Assembly (NCBI GenBank): GCA_033442325.1
Contig: JAWQFM010000004.1
Location: 2,452,830 to 2,516,829, forward strand
Reading direction: 5' to 3'
Source: Salpingoeca rosetta
Taxonomy: Eukaryota > Protista > Choanoflagellata
DNA: 64,000 bases
In this document: positions 1 to 20,900 of the stretch, piece after piece
Layout of the letters: each line of letters begins with the position of its first letter
How positions within the stretch are numbered: position 1 is the first letter of the stretch
The notes under the pieces: generated by a model
What the model saw: only the letters and a program-made list of their open reading frames with translations
Database searches by the model: none
What the model was told of the DNA's origin: nothing
Translations under genes and position numbers: made by a program

Positions 1-8305
<8,305 letters not shown>

Positions 8306-8824
8306 GATGCAAGCTCAACAAGCGTGGGCAGAGACAGAGACGGTGCGACAGGGAGACAGAGAGACACAGCGAGAGAGAGGGAGAGAAGAGAAGAGAACGA
8401 ATGCGGATATTGGTACGATCCGTGTACTCGAAACACAACAATTGAACAAATGACCGTTTGCACCAACGAGCGATGTGCGATGTGATGTGTGACGACGACG
8501 GCGGCGGCAGCCAGTCAAAGAAACAGTGTGAGATGAAGAGGGTTTGGGCTGCAATCGCTGCAGTGTCACGCTTCACTTCACTTCACTGCACGTTGTGCGG
8601 GAGTGAACAAAGGGGCGCTGTTTGGCTGTGTGTGCGCGTGCTGCTGGTGTGATGCGCGTGGTGGTGGGTTGTGTGGTGTTGCGCACACACAGAAGAAGGA
8701 GCAAAAACAGCACACACAAAACGTGCAGCGCGTAGCCCCAATTTATGCTGTCAGAATGGACCCTTGCTTGAGTTTGTCTGTGCGAGTGCGATCATTTCAA
8801 CGAACAACGACAAACTGTTGTGGG

Positions 8825-9291
8825 GATGGAGCCGCGGGTTGAAGTGGGGTTCGACACGCGAGCGTGTGACACGTTTGCAGGGTACAAGCTGAGGAGTGGC
8901 GAGCAAGTGCACCGGCATCATGGCCATGCTGAGGGTGCCGGCGACAAAGGGCAGCAGGCAGCAAGCGCGGTGGTGGTGGTTGATGAGCACGACTTGCCGC
9001 CAGATGTCCAAGTCTTTTCCCCATCCATGACTTCGTCATCCTCATCAACAGGCAGAGCTGCAGTGACCTCGCTGTCGCGTGCAGCAATGACGGCTCAAGG
9101 ACGACACAACGCCGTGCTGTGGCACGACTCCCATCACATGCTCTTCGTGTCTGCAGACTACAAGCTCAGAGCAGTCCACGTAAGGACAGGAAGCTGTGTT
9201 GCGTGTGTGTGTGTGTGTGTGTGGGTGTGTGTATGTGTGTGTCGTCCGTTTTCTTGCACGCCAGTGGTTTCGAGTGCCTTCCTCATCCTAC

Positions 9292-9349
<58 letters not shown>

Positions 9350-9672
9350 GACGAAGGGATATTTTCATGCACTGTTCTTTTTGATTGCGTGCATCATCCT
9401 CACCATGCGGTTGTTGGTGTGGTTCACTCAGTGGGACAGTATGGACGTGGTCGCGGTCGCTGATCTCAACACAAGCCAAGAAACACGGCCCAACACACAC
9501 TGGTGCCCCAGTGTTGCTGCCACCAATGATTATGTGTTTTGCACGACACCAACCAACGCATGCATCGTACTGCGCAGGTAACAGAGAGAGTGTGCGTGTG
9601 TGTATGTGTATGTTTGTGCGTGTCTGCGTGTGTGTGTGTGTGTGCGTGTCTGCGTGTCTGCGTGTATGTGTG

Positions 9673-9713
<41 letters not shown>

Positions 9714-10474
9714 CGTGTTATGCGCCTCTCGCTTGTTGGCGCTGCCGCTGCCGCTGCCTCTGCCTGTTTTGTGCTGCATACAACTACGCCGACGATTCTC
9801 ACACGTGCCCGCCCATGCAGGGAGACGGACACCCATCCGGGATCCTGGACACCCCTGTACAACTTCGAGCTGCCGGTGCCCAGCCTTGGCTCACGCATTG
9901 TGGTGCTTCGCTCCTTGTCGCAGCTGGGCCCCACCACCTTTCGCCTGGCAGTCACGTGCACAGAACAGCCGGAGCAAGGCGCGGTGGAGCGCGTGCAAGT
10001 CATGGTGCTGGATGTGCGCTGGAAAGGCGACAGCAACGCCCTCGACATCACCGCCGTCTTCGCGTGCCCAACAGACGAGTGGCCACGCATGGTCAACCTG
10101 GTGTCGCACGTCAGTGCAGAGGCTGGTACGCAAGCGCCACGCTCAGCCCCGCTGTCTGCATCCCGCGGCAGCTGTTTTCTCGTGTTTGATACATCACCAG
10201 CACACGCAGCTGCGCTGGCCTCGACAGCAGTGGCAACAACAGCACCATCCTCAACACCATCCTCAACAGCATCACGACACCAGCCAGCCGGTGAGCAGTC
10301 AACGGCCGACACGGACGTGCACAAGGCCCTGGCGCCTGTGACAACGCACCAGCCAGAGCAGACAGCCATGCTCTGGGATGACGATGAGCTCGCTGCCGGG
10401 GATGATGAGCTGGAGATGGGCGATGAACGCGACGTCGTCGCGCTGCTGCTTCCACCGTCACAACACACGCCCAC

Positions 10475-10571
<97 letters not shown>

Positions 10572-11063
10572 ACCAGTACCAGCGATATGGATGTTGGCGA
10601 TCGTCATGATCAACCCGAGGCAGGGCAGGGTGGCCCGTCACTATCGCCAGCACTGTCGTCGCGGGTGTTGTCGCTACGAGGGCACCGCATCCTGTATGAG
10701 GACGAGCACGCTGGTCGGCTGTATGCACAGGACGACGTCCACGTGGCTGTGCTGCAGTTTGGTGTGGAGGAGATGCAAGGCGGTGTGCAGTTGCGGCAGA
10801 CTGCCACAGTGCCCGCATTCGCGTACGTGCTGGCGTCGAAGCAACAACGGCAGTTTGTGGTGACAAGTGGCATGGATGCACCCTTTTCGGCAGTCGTGGA
10901 TGCCATGGGCAATGTTGTCGTGTACACACGCCAAGGCGACATGTACGTGATCGACACGCGTGATGCCTCTCGTGTGCTTGGGGTTGCCGTGCACGATGAT
11001 GCTAACTCACTGGTTGTGCTCCGGCAAGCTTCCATCGCCGTTTGCTCTGTTCCTTCTTCGACA

Positions 11064-11066
<3 letters not shown>
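8825..11066 (+). CDS. NUDCD1: NudC domain-containing protein 1 (NUDCD1/CML66)-like, about 3 exons, with a poly-Q tract
   Basis: Motifs recalled from NUDCD1: N-terminal F-x-GYKL, AQGRHN (cf. AFGMYN), QDDVHVAV (cf. RHDVDALL) and ATVPAFAYVLASKQQRQF (cf. ATFNALGYVQASKRDKKF). GT donors at ~9180 and ~9578; stop at 11064-11066. The exact start of the last exon is uncertain. Confidence 0.7.
10474..10569 (+). repeat. (CAA)n coding repeat giving ~31 Gln
   Basis: Direct (caa)n run inside the last NUDCD1-like exon. Confidence 0.95.
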
Positions 11067-11113
<47 letters not shown>

Positions 11114-11137
11114 CGTGTGTTTGTGTGTGTGCAGTGC

Positions 11138-11228
<91 letters not shown>

Positions 11229-11431
11229 GCAAAGCAACGCAAAAGACAAGCAACAAGAGGGAAGAGGGGAGATGAGCCAACACGCGCCACCACCTCTTCA
11301 CCCCACGAAGTCGAAGCAAGCAAAGAAGAAGAACAAGAAGTAAACCGAATCAAGCCAAGCCAAGAGAGAGGAGAGAGGGAAGTGAAGGAGAGACAGCAAG
11401 CACAACAGCAGCCACAGCACCCCATACGAGG

Positions 11432-11449
11432 AAAAAGAAAAAAAAAAAA
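11432..11449 (-). terminator. RNA polymerase III oligo-T terminator of the 5S gene
   Basis: T12 plus T5 run on the minus strand a few nt downstream of the 5S 3' end. Confidence 0.85.
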
Positions 11450-11455
11450 GGAAGA

Positions 11456-11574
11456 GAGCAACATCACCCGTGATTCCCGCCTGGTCACCCACGGCAGTAC
11501 TGAACGGGCCCAAACGGGCTTAGCTTCCGCGATCGGACGAGAGCGGGCGTGATCCCGTTGGTATGAACGTTGCC
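11456..11574 (-). rRNA. 5S: 5S rRNA
   Basis: The reverse complement GGCAACGTTCATACCAACGGGATCACGCCCGCTCTCGTCCGATCGCGGAAGCTAAGCCCGTTTGGGCCCGTTCAGTACTGCCGTGGGTGACCAGGCGGGAATCACGGGTGATGTTGCTC (~119 nt) matches eukaryotic 5S landmarks (CATACC, CCCG.TCTCGTC.GATC, GAAG.TAAGC, AGTACT, GGG.GACC, GGGAA). Helix I pairs GCAAC with GTTGC. Confidence 0.95.
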
Positions 11575-11896
11575 GACAACAGTGCAAGACAAGCCATTTA
11601 TCAAGGCAGAGCCAGCAAGCAGCAAGCAAGAAGAGGAAGAGGAAAATCCCACACACACCAAAAAACCAGCAGCAGCAAGCAGAAACGAGCAAACAACCGA
11701 TTCTGCTTTCCAACCAACCAATCCACTCGCCGTTGCTTCATTCTTCTTCTTCTGCGCAGCAGCTGGTGTGTGTGTGATGGTGGTGGTGATGGGAATGGTG
11801 ATGGTGATCATGGTCGTCGTCGCTGCTGACAGGCAGGTGAGGGTGAGGTGAAGTGAGTGTGAGGCGGGGTGAGGTGAGGATGTGTCATTGGTTCGT

Positions 11897-11932
<36 letters not shown>

Positions 11933-12894
11933 TGGTTGTTGTGCGTGCCACGTTCCTTCCTTCCTTCCCTTCCTTCCCCTTCCCTTTCCTTCGTCGTCGT
12001 CGCTGACGCATTCACACGCACACACGCACATGCACACACACATGTGTGCAGGAAGGGTGTGCGCACCGTCTCTCTTCTTCCTTCTCCCTTCCATCCATCC
12101 TTCCATCCATCCATCGTTGTCCATTTTCTTCTCCTGTGATGAACTACACACAACCAACCAACCAACCAGCGACCACATGGATGACCCATCCATTGGCAGG
12201 TGAGGGTGAGATTGAGTGCTCCCACTTCTTCCTCCTCCCACTCCGTGCCCCTCCTCTTCCCCTTCTTTTCCTTGCACACTGCGCACAGCAACAACAACCA
12301 ACAACACCACCAACAACAACACAGCGCACGCTGTCATGGTGCGCACACATGTGTGGACCACCATCAATCCATCCATGGGTGGTTGGATCACAACCAACAC
12401 ACACCACTGCGTGTGACACACACAAATGCACACACACACACACACTCACTTGCTCACCGTTGTGTGGTGACAGAACAGTTGCCATCACCCACCGTCATAC
12501 AGCAGGCGACCCTGAGAATGGATTATGCTTCCTCTCAACCAGTGAGCAGCACACACATGAGAGAGAGGGGGAAATGACATCAACCAACGTCACAGCCAAT
12601 GTGTGTGTGTGTGTGTGCGTGTGTGTGCACGGGGGTTGTGTTTCTGCTCATCCTCATCCTCCTGCTTTCTCCTCCTTCTGTCTGTGCCACGCTGCTCACT
12701 GCTGTTGTTTGCTTGTTTGTTTGTGTGTGGTGCGTGCAGATGAATGTTTTCCATCATCATCATCAGCAGCAGCAGCAGCAGTAGCAGCAGGTGGTGGCTG
12801 ATGCGTGAGCCAGTGGGCAACTCCCACCAACCAGCCTACAATGACTACATGCTGACGGATGAATGGTGATCGAACCACTGCTTTACCCAGACAG

Positions 12895-12941
<47 letters not shown>

Positions 12942-14852
12942 TATGTGTGTGTTCTCTTCTCCACCCACCCACACGCCATCATCACCACCTCGCATTTTCT
13001 TGTGTGTTGCTCACGTCCTTCCCTTCCCACCCTCAACACCACTATCACCTTCCTGTTGCTCTCGCCCCACAGAGGGCCCTTGAACCAGCAGCTGTCACCC
13101 CCTCCTGCACCAACCACCACTGCTCTGGTGGGATGAACAGACGGGCGCTGCCATGTGATGACCATCCAGCCACGCTTGTGCGGCTGTGGACCACAACACA
13201 AACAAGCAAGCGATGAGCAACGTGAGTGCATCACTGCACATATGTGTGTGATGTGCACAGCGGCAGCATCACTGCGCGTGTTTTGTGGTCGCTGTCTCTG
13301 CTGCTCCTGTCTCCCCTTGTTGTCCCACATCAATGTGCATGCATGTGTGTCGTGCGGCTGCCTGTATTGCCTTGCTTGATGCGCTGTCTCATTCTTCGTT
13401 CTCACACACGACTGCTTGCACACCTGCACATTCTCCACCTTGCAGCTGCTGCTTATATTCCCCTCTCTTTCTCGCCCTCCCTGGCGGCCATCACAACAAC
13501 AACAACAACAGCAGCAGCAGCCAACACCCCCTCCACCGCCGATGCACCAGCAAGCAGCAGCAGCGCCAGCATCACTTGCTGCTGAACACATCCCTCCAAC
13601 CAACCAACCAACCAACCAACCAGCCCATCGCCCGCTGCTGCATGCAGAAGCTGGCTGTTTGCTGGTGGCAACAGGTGGCGACAGCACAAGTTGCATTTTC
13701 GGCGGGCAGCAGCAGCAAGCAGAGGTGAGGGTGAGAAGCAGAGGGGAAACGGAGAGGATATGTGTGTTGGATGGATGGATGGATGGATGGATGGAATGAG
13801 GTGGGGTGGGGGATGCTGGGTGTGGTGTGGTGTGGTGTGGCTGGTGACAGAGGATGGTGGTGTGTGGTGGTGTGAGGAAGAGGGATGGATGGAATGGATG
13901 GGGTGCCGCATGTCTTGTTTCTTCCCTCCCTTCTGTTTTCTGTTTTCTCTCTCTTCCCTTTCTTCTCTCCTTCACACACATGCATGCACAACACCAGCAG
14001 TGGCAGCAGTGTAGCTGCGCACATATTCATGCTCCCTCTTCCCTCCCACTCACTCACTCACCATGCTGGTGCTCGCACACAACCACACTTACAGGCGATG
14101 TACACGCAAAGGCAGGATGAGGGAAATGTCGAGGCTACTTGTCACGCATGCCGGCTGCACTCGCCTCACGCATGGTATGTGGGTGGTGATGGGTGGTTGT
14201 TTGTGTGTGTGTGATGGAGTGTGGTGGCGGTGATGGGGTGCGGTGAAGCGAAGCGGGAAAGAGGGTTCATGGAGGATGATGGTCACGCACACTGACACGC
14301 ACGCACACACGCACGCACACACTTGTGAATGTGATGTCAATCACTCTTTCTGCTGTGCTGACGTGATGGCTTGCTCTGTGCCTGTTGTGTTGTGTTCCCA
14401 TCCACGTTCCCTGCACCCATGCACACGCACACACGCACGCACAGGTGGTGAGGTACCAGCACACATCAGGATGTTGATGGAAGTGGGCTCGCATGCCGGC
14501 TGCTGCTGCTGCAACCACCCCGATTCAGCTGTCGCTGCTGTGCTCATGCAGTGTTCCCATATGCGTGAGCAAGGTGAGCCCATCATGCATGCTTTGGTTG
14601 GCGCATGGTGCATGTGTTGGCGTTGGTGTTGCTGCTGTGGGTGCTTGCTGCTGCTGCTGCTGTACCTCGTGCACCAGTGTAGCTGTGCAGCTCACATGTC
14701 GCGTATGCTTGTGGCTGCAAGGGGGGCGACTGTGTGAGGATCGTTGGAGGATGATGGGCGGTGCACGCATGATGGATTGGGAGGAGCAGCTGTGGACACA
14801 CACCTCCATGGTCATGGTGGGCACATCCAACCACAGCGACGCAGCTATGCGC

Positions 14853-14919
<67 letters not shown>

Positions 14920-17900
14920 GTGGGGTGAGGGGGGAAAGCAGAGGAGGGACAGGAAGGTGAGCACGTGTGCTGTGCTCACATGCCATACCCGTACCTCGTG
15001 TGTGATGATGTCGTTGTGTCTTGTCGTTGTGCGTTGGTTGCATGGGTACCAGGGCCACATCAGAGGAGGAGAAAGCAGCCACCATGAACCACGCATCATC
15101 ATCATCAACCCTTCCCCCATTTCTCTCTCCTTTTTCTCTCTTCCACCTCAGCTCCACTGTCACCGCCATCACCGCCATCATCATCGCCATCGACCGCACA
15201 GCCGCCATCACACTCCGGCCGACACCAGCCCCAATCTGGCGTGAGGCAGACATTGCACATGTCAGTCGTTCTCATGAAGAGGTGAGCAATGTGTGTGTGT
15301 GTGTGGGTGGTGGTGAGCGGGAACAACATGTGTGCGTGTGGTTGTGGTGGTTGGATGGGGCTGGCGTGTGGTTGATGATGCTTCGCTGTCAACCTCATCC
15401 CCCTGCATTCTCTCCCATCTTGTGTGCGTGCACACACAATTCGCAGCGTTGAAGAGGCGTATGAAGCGGTGGAACCAACGACGATGACGATGACGAGTGA
15501 TGAAGGTGAGAGGGCGACTGAGATGTGTGTGTGTGTGTGGTTGACATGTTGTGTTTCATTCTTCTCCTTCCTCTTTCCTTGTCTGTTCTGTCCACTCATG
15601 TGTCTTTCTTTTTCCCCCTTTTTTTTCGATTGATTTGGACACAGGGTCATGCATCCCGCTTCCATCCAACCAACCGACCAAGCAGCCAAGCGAGCGAGCA
15701 AAGGACACGGCGTGGCAAGGGGCCGTTTTTTTCACCGTTTCCACCACCAGCAACACCAGCAACAGCTGATGTGTGGCTGCATTGTGGATGAACGGGCCAT
15801 CTGTCTATCGTCGATCTCCACCTCCCTCGTCGTCGTCACTGGTCCCCAACAGCAGCGGCTGCGGCCATGGATGTGGAGGTGAGATGAATGGCGGTGGTTG
15901 TGGTGATGATGTGGGTGTGTGATGTGTTGGGTGTGAACATCAGCATGTATGTGTGTGGTTGATTGTGAAGGCTCGGGTGGATGTCGTTGGGTCTGTTGGT
16001 GGTGGCAATGGATGTTGTTGTCGTTGAAAGCCGGATTCTGTGACAACTCACCTCTTTCTCCACACGCACACACGTACAGGGTGTGATGTGCGTCGATGTG
16101 CTGTTGCCTCGCATGACGACGATGATGACGGTGGTGAGTGGTTTGTGGTGGATGTGGACGGCGCACGCACACACGCATGCGCAGGTGTGCTGCTTGTGAT
16201 CGTGGTGGTGTGTCTGTGGACATGTGACATGTGCGTGCACAGGTGATGATGTGGAAGATGTGAATGTGGCAGAGGAGGTGGATGTTGTTTGTTTCTGCCA
16301 TGCTGGCTCACTGCGTCATGTCATTCTTGCTGTTTTGGTTGTTTGTGCTTGCGCATGTGTACATGTGTGCGATTTTGCACAGCACGGTGGCCGTTCTCTT
16401 CCCAAGCCCTCATGACACGAGCAGGGCGATACACGCACACACAAATGTGCGAGAAAAGAAGGCACCAGGTGAGACACTGGGGCTGTGTGTGTGTGTGTGT
16501 GGTGATGGGGTGGTAGTACACATACGCACGCACGCATGTACACATGTATGCCAATACGCCAGAGCAGACATTGGCTGTGGGTGGTTGCACTGACGTGTGT
16601 CTCACATGAATCAATCACACAACCCAAATGTGCATGTGTGCGTGTGTGCAGGCGGGTGTGTGCAGGGTTTCCCCAACCGAATCCCCTTCCCCTTGTCCCA
16701 ACCAATTGCCTTTGCTCTGTGTTATCATCATCATCAGCCTTCCCCATGTGATGTGGCGCTGTTGAGGCGTGCTCGAGACAGCGGCCAACACAGGTATTGC
16801 AGCAATGGTGGATGTGGTGCATGTGGTGGTGTTTTGTGCTTGCTTGCTTGCTTGTTGGGTGCTTGCTTCGTTGTTCTTGTGTGTAGGTGATGCACCCCGC
16901 CCACAACATGCTGCATATTCCCATGCGTGGTCCCTTGTGTCCCACCTTTCCCGTCCTCAACATCACCGGTCATTGTTGTTCGTCTCTGGTTGGTTTCTCC
17001 TTGCTTCACAGGCACGCAGGGCAGGCTGGCTCGCTGCTGCTGGTGCTGCTGCTGTGATGATGGCCGTGCGTGTGCCTGTGTGCTGTGCACGGTGTTTGGG
17101 GCTGCACCGATGAAGACAAGGAAGGACACGGCCCGTGCCCACCACTCTTCCCCCTTCGTCCTCTTTCTGCTCCATCAGCGATGACGATGGTGGCCGTGGC
17201 ACGTGATTGCGCTCGCCTCGTTCTGGCTTCGCTGTGGCACATTGGCTGGCTGGCTGGCTACATCAAGCACAGGTGAGGATGATCGTTGGCGGTTGATTGG
17301 TTGGTGGGCTGTGTTGTGTGGAGTGGTGGGAGGCAGGGGAAGCAGGGAAGTGACACGGTGATGGTGGTGATTGGGCGACGTGGGAGTGCAGAGCGAAAGG
17401 AGGGAGGTGAGGGGAAGTGATGGGAGGGCGATGATGTTGGTTGGGGGATGAGGGGTGCGTGTGCACGTGCACGTGAATCGTGTGATGGTGGTATCACAGG
17501 ACAGTGACACACATATCAGTGGCTCATTCCTTTTGCTTGCACCTGTGTGCTTGTGATTGTGTGGTTGTAATGATGACTGCAGCAGGCAACACACGGCGGT
17601 GGATGCCGGATTGGATTGGCTGGGGTAGACTGGCCGTCGTGTCGTGTCGCCCACTTCTCTCTCCGTTGCTCATTTCAACTGGGAACACACACGGCCGTGT
17701 GTGCGTGTGTGCGTGTGCATCGCCATCAACCACACCGACAGCGACACGATGCACGAGGTGAGGGCACGCAATGCTGTGTGTGTGTGCGTGTGTTTGGTGG
17801 AAGGGGGTTGAAGGGAAGTGGGGAGGAAGGCGTTCATCATGGCCACCATCACCACCACGGCTGTGCACCTGGTCATGTGACCGTGCATTTGGGGGATGGA

Positions 17901-20900
17901 GATGGGGAGAGATGCTGTCATTGTCGTTGTCGTTGTGGTGGTTGTGGTTGCATTGCTGTGTATGCGTGTGCATGGTGCACCGTCTCACTCTGCAATGCCA
18001 TGTCTGACTGTGTGTGTGTGTGTGTGACTGCAGATGTGCGTGTGCGCATATGTCGGGCAGATGCGTTGATCGACGACGAGGTGTGTGTGATTGCGTGTGT
18101 GGTTGACCTTTGTGTCCTTGTGCCATCAGACAACGCACAACACCAAGCACACATCATCACCATTGCACGCCCATGTGTCGTTGTCGTCGACTCACGCATG
18201 ACATGCTCACATCCACCGCCCTTCCCTTGCTTCTTCTCCTTCTTCCTCCTCCCTGCTGCTGCCACCCCTTCCACTGTTTCCCTCCACTTCCTTTTCACAC
18301 ACGCAGAGAGGAACCCATCCACGTCCAACACCCATATCCACGCATGGACACGCCATGGCGAGCTGTGCCACCTCAACCAACCCAACCCATCCCAGGCCAA
18401 GGAAAGGGAGGAGGGGAAGCAAGGACAGAAGACGTGGGGCTCCCAACAGATGTGTGTGCGTGTGTGTGTTGATGGACGGTGTTCTCCTTCCCCCCTCCAT
18501 CGCCTCGCCCCTTCCTTCCATGGCGATCTGGCTGGGCGGCTGTTGCCGCCTCCCCTTGTTTGTTTTCTCTTCCATCCCTTTGTGGCTGTTGGTTGTCTGT
18601 TGTGACTGTGAGGAGAAGGAGGGAGAGGAAGCGGAGAAGAGGAGAGGGGATGCATGCTGTCCACAATTGTGTGTGTGTTTGTGTCTTCTTTTTCCATCCC
18701 CCCTCTCTTCTCCCCCTTCTCTTCTCCCCTCCTCAGCCTGCAAGGCCTGTGAGCCTGCGTTGCATTCACACACAGTGCTGTTCCCCTTCTTCTTCTGCTT
18801 CTTCTTCTTCTTGTCTCATCGAAACCAACCAACCAACCAAGCAAGCAACCAAGCAAGTCCGCCCTGCAACAAACAAGCAAACAGCAGTTGCCGCACAAAC
18901 GCAGCAGTGGGCGATTATTTGTGGCATCTTCCACAAATCGCCCAGACACGAACCAACAAGACCAAACACAAACAAGCAACAAGCAGCAAGCAAGAAGGTG
19001 CGTGTGTTGTGTGTTTGAGTGGAGGGGGTGGCTTGCGTTGTTCGTGTGCGTGGCTGACGCAGGGTTGGTGGAGAGGAGGGAGAGGGTGCGCGTTGTGACG
19101 GGCACTCACGGGCGGTTCTGTTGTGGGTGGTTTCGTTTGGTTCCGTGGATTGTGTGGGGTGTGCTGGATGATGGTGTGATGGTGCGCAGGTGCAAGCAGA
19201 GAACACGCACAGCACTGCCCACACCATGGATGTGTGCACGGCCAAAGGCATGCAAGGCCTTGCCCATGGTCGGTGAGGCTGACATATGTGCTGCACAGGC
19301 CCATGGCACGCTGGCACTGTGAGTTTGGGTGAGTTCTGTCAATTCGTTTGACTGCTGTGTGTGTGTGTGATTGTGTGTGAAGGAGGGAGAGGTGGGACGT
19401 GGCTGTGTGTTGTGATCTCACGCACTCCCTGCTGCTGTGGATGCATTTGGCCCTCGCAGACAGAAAGGGATGATGGACTGCATCGACCCGCACACACATG
19501 TGTGTGAACACACACACACATACACACGCTGACAGGCAGTCTGATGCCTACCTCACGGTGCGTTGCACTTGCATGTGCGTGTGACTGTGACTGCGTGCAT
19601 GTCGTTCATGCTGTGTCTGCTTGTGATTCACACTGTGTGTATGTGTGTGTGTTGTGGCTGCTTGCTTCCCTCTGTCTCACACACGTGCGTGTGTGTATGG
19701 ATGGTGACACGCACAGACACACACAGTGAGTGAGTGTGCAGACACACATGCCCACACAGACAAGACAGGCAAGCACAGCAGGGCATTCACTTCTCTCTCC
19801 CTCTCCCTCTCCCCCTCTCCCTCTCCTGCTGCCACCACCGCTAGTGCATGGATGGAACCAGTGAATGCATGGCGTGCTGGATGATGCTGGCTGGCTGATG
19901 TCCTTCCCTTGGTGCGTGTGTGTGTGTGTGTGTGTTGCGCTACTGCTTGCTCTTGTTCCCCCCTGTTTGTGTCTGTTGTGTCTGCTGTGCGCTGCTGCTT
20001 CGCTGTGTCTCTGTGTGTGTTCACCACAACCACGTCGTATGTGCCCATCACCATCATCTGTGCTCACGCACCGCCCCATCTCCCTTTCTTCTTCTTCTGC
20101 TCCCTTCCCTCTTCCCTCTTTGTCATCCTCACACGCACATGCACACAAACACATGGACGCCTGTGCAGGGGGAAGTGCAGGCTGTTTGTTGGAACCCATG
20201 GCAAGGCACGCACAACCAAGCAAGGACACACGAGCAAGCATGGACACAGGACAAGCAAGCAAGACGTGGGGCTGCCATTGACCACGCACCTCGTTGGAGA
20301 AGGAGGGGAGCGTGAGCGGGTGGCGTTGATTGTGTTGTGTTGTGTCGTGTTGTTCTTGACAGCGTGCACGTCTCTCTCCTTGTATGCTTCTTCCTTCCTC
20401 CCTCCCTTTCCCTTTCTCTGTTCTCTCTCTCTTCTCTCTTGCCACAGCATGCACACTGCTGCTGCTGCTGTTGTTGTTTTTGTTGGCTGAAGGCAATGAT
20501 GGCGGTTGATGGGGGAGTGAAGCGGTGTGACGCTGCATGGAGCTGTCGCTTGCCGTGTGTGTGTGTGTTGCTTGCAGTTGATATGGGGATGTTTTCTCGC
20601 TTGTTCTTGCCACGTGTATGTGTGTATGTGTGCGTGTGTGTTCGCTTGCTGTCGTGTTGCTGAAGTGGAATGGAAATATACAATGCAACACGCATGTGCA
20701 GCCGTGTGTATCGTGTGATGCTGCTGCTGGTGGTGGATGGTTGTGGATGGTTGCAGTGCAGTCAACACAATGTGTGTGTATGATGTGATGTGAATTGGGT
20801 TGGTGGTGAGCTGGGTGTGTGGCTGTGGAGTGGGTGTTGCATGCAGGTGANNNNNNNNNNNNNNNNNNNNNNNNNNNNNNNNNNNNNNNNNNNNNNNNNN

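Noticed and set aside
15706-15732. Hairpin plus T-run resembling a bacterial intrinsic terminator
   Set aside because: The 5-bp stem in a low-complexity eukaryotic spacer is expected by chance.
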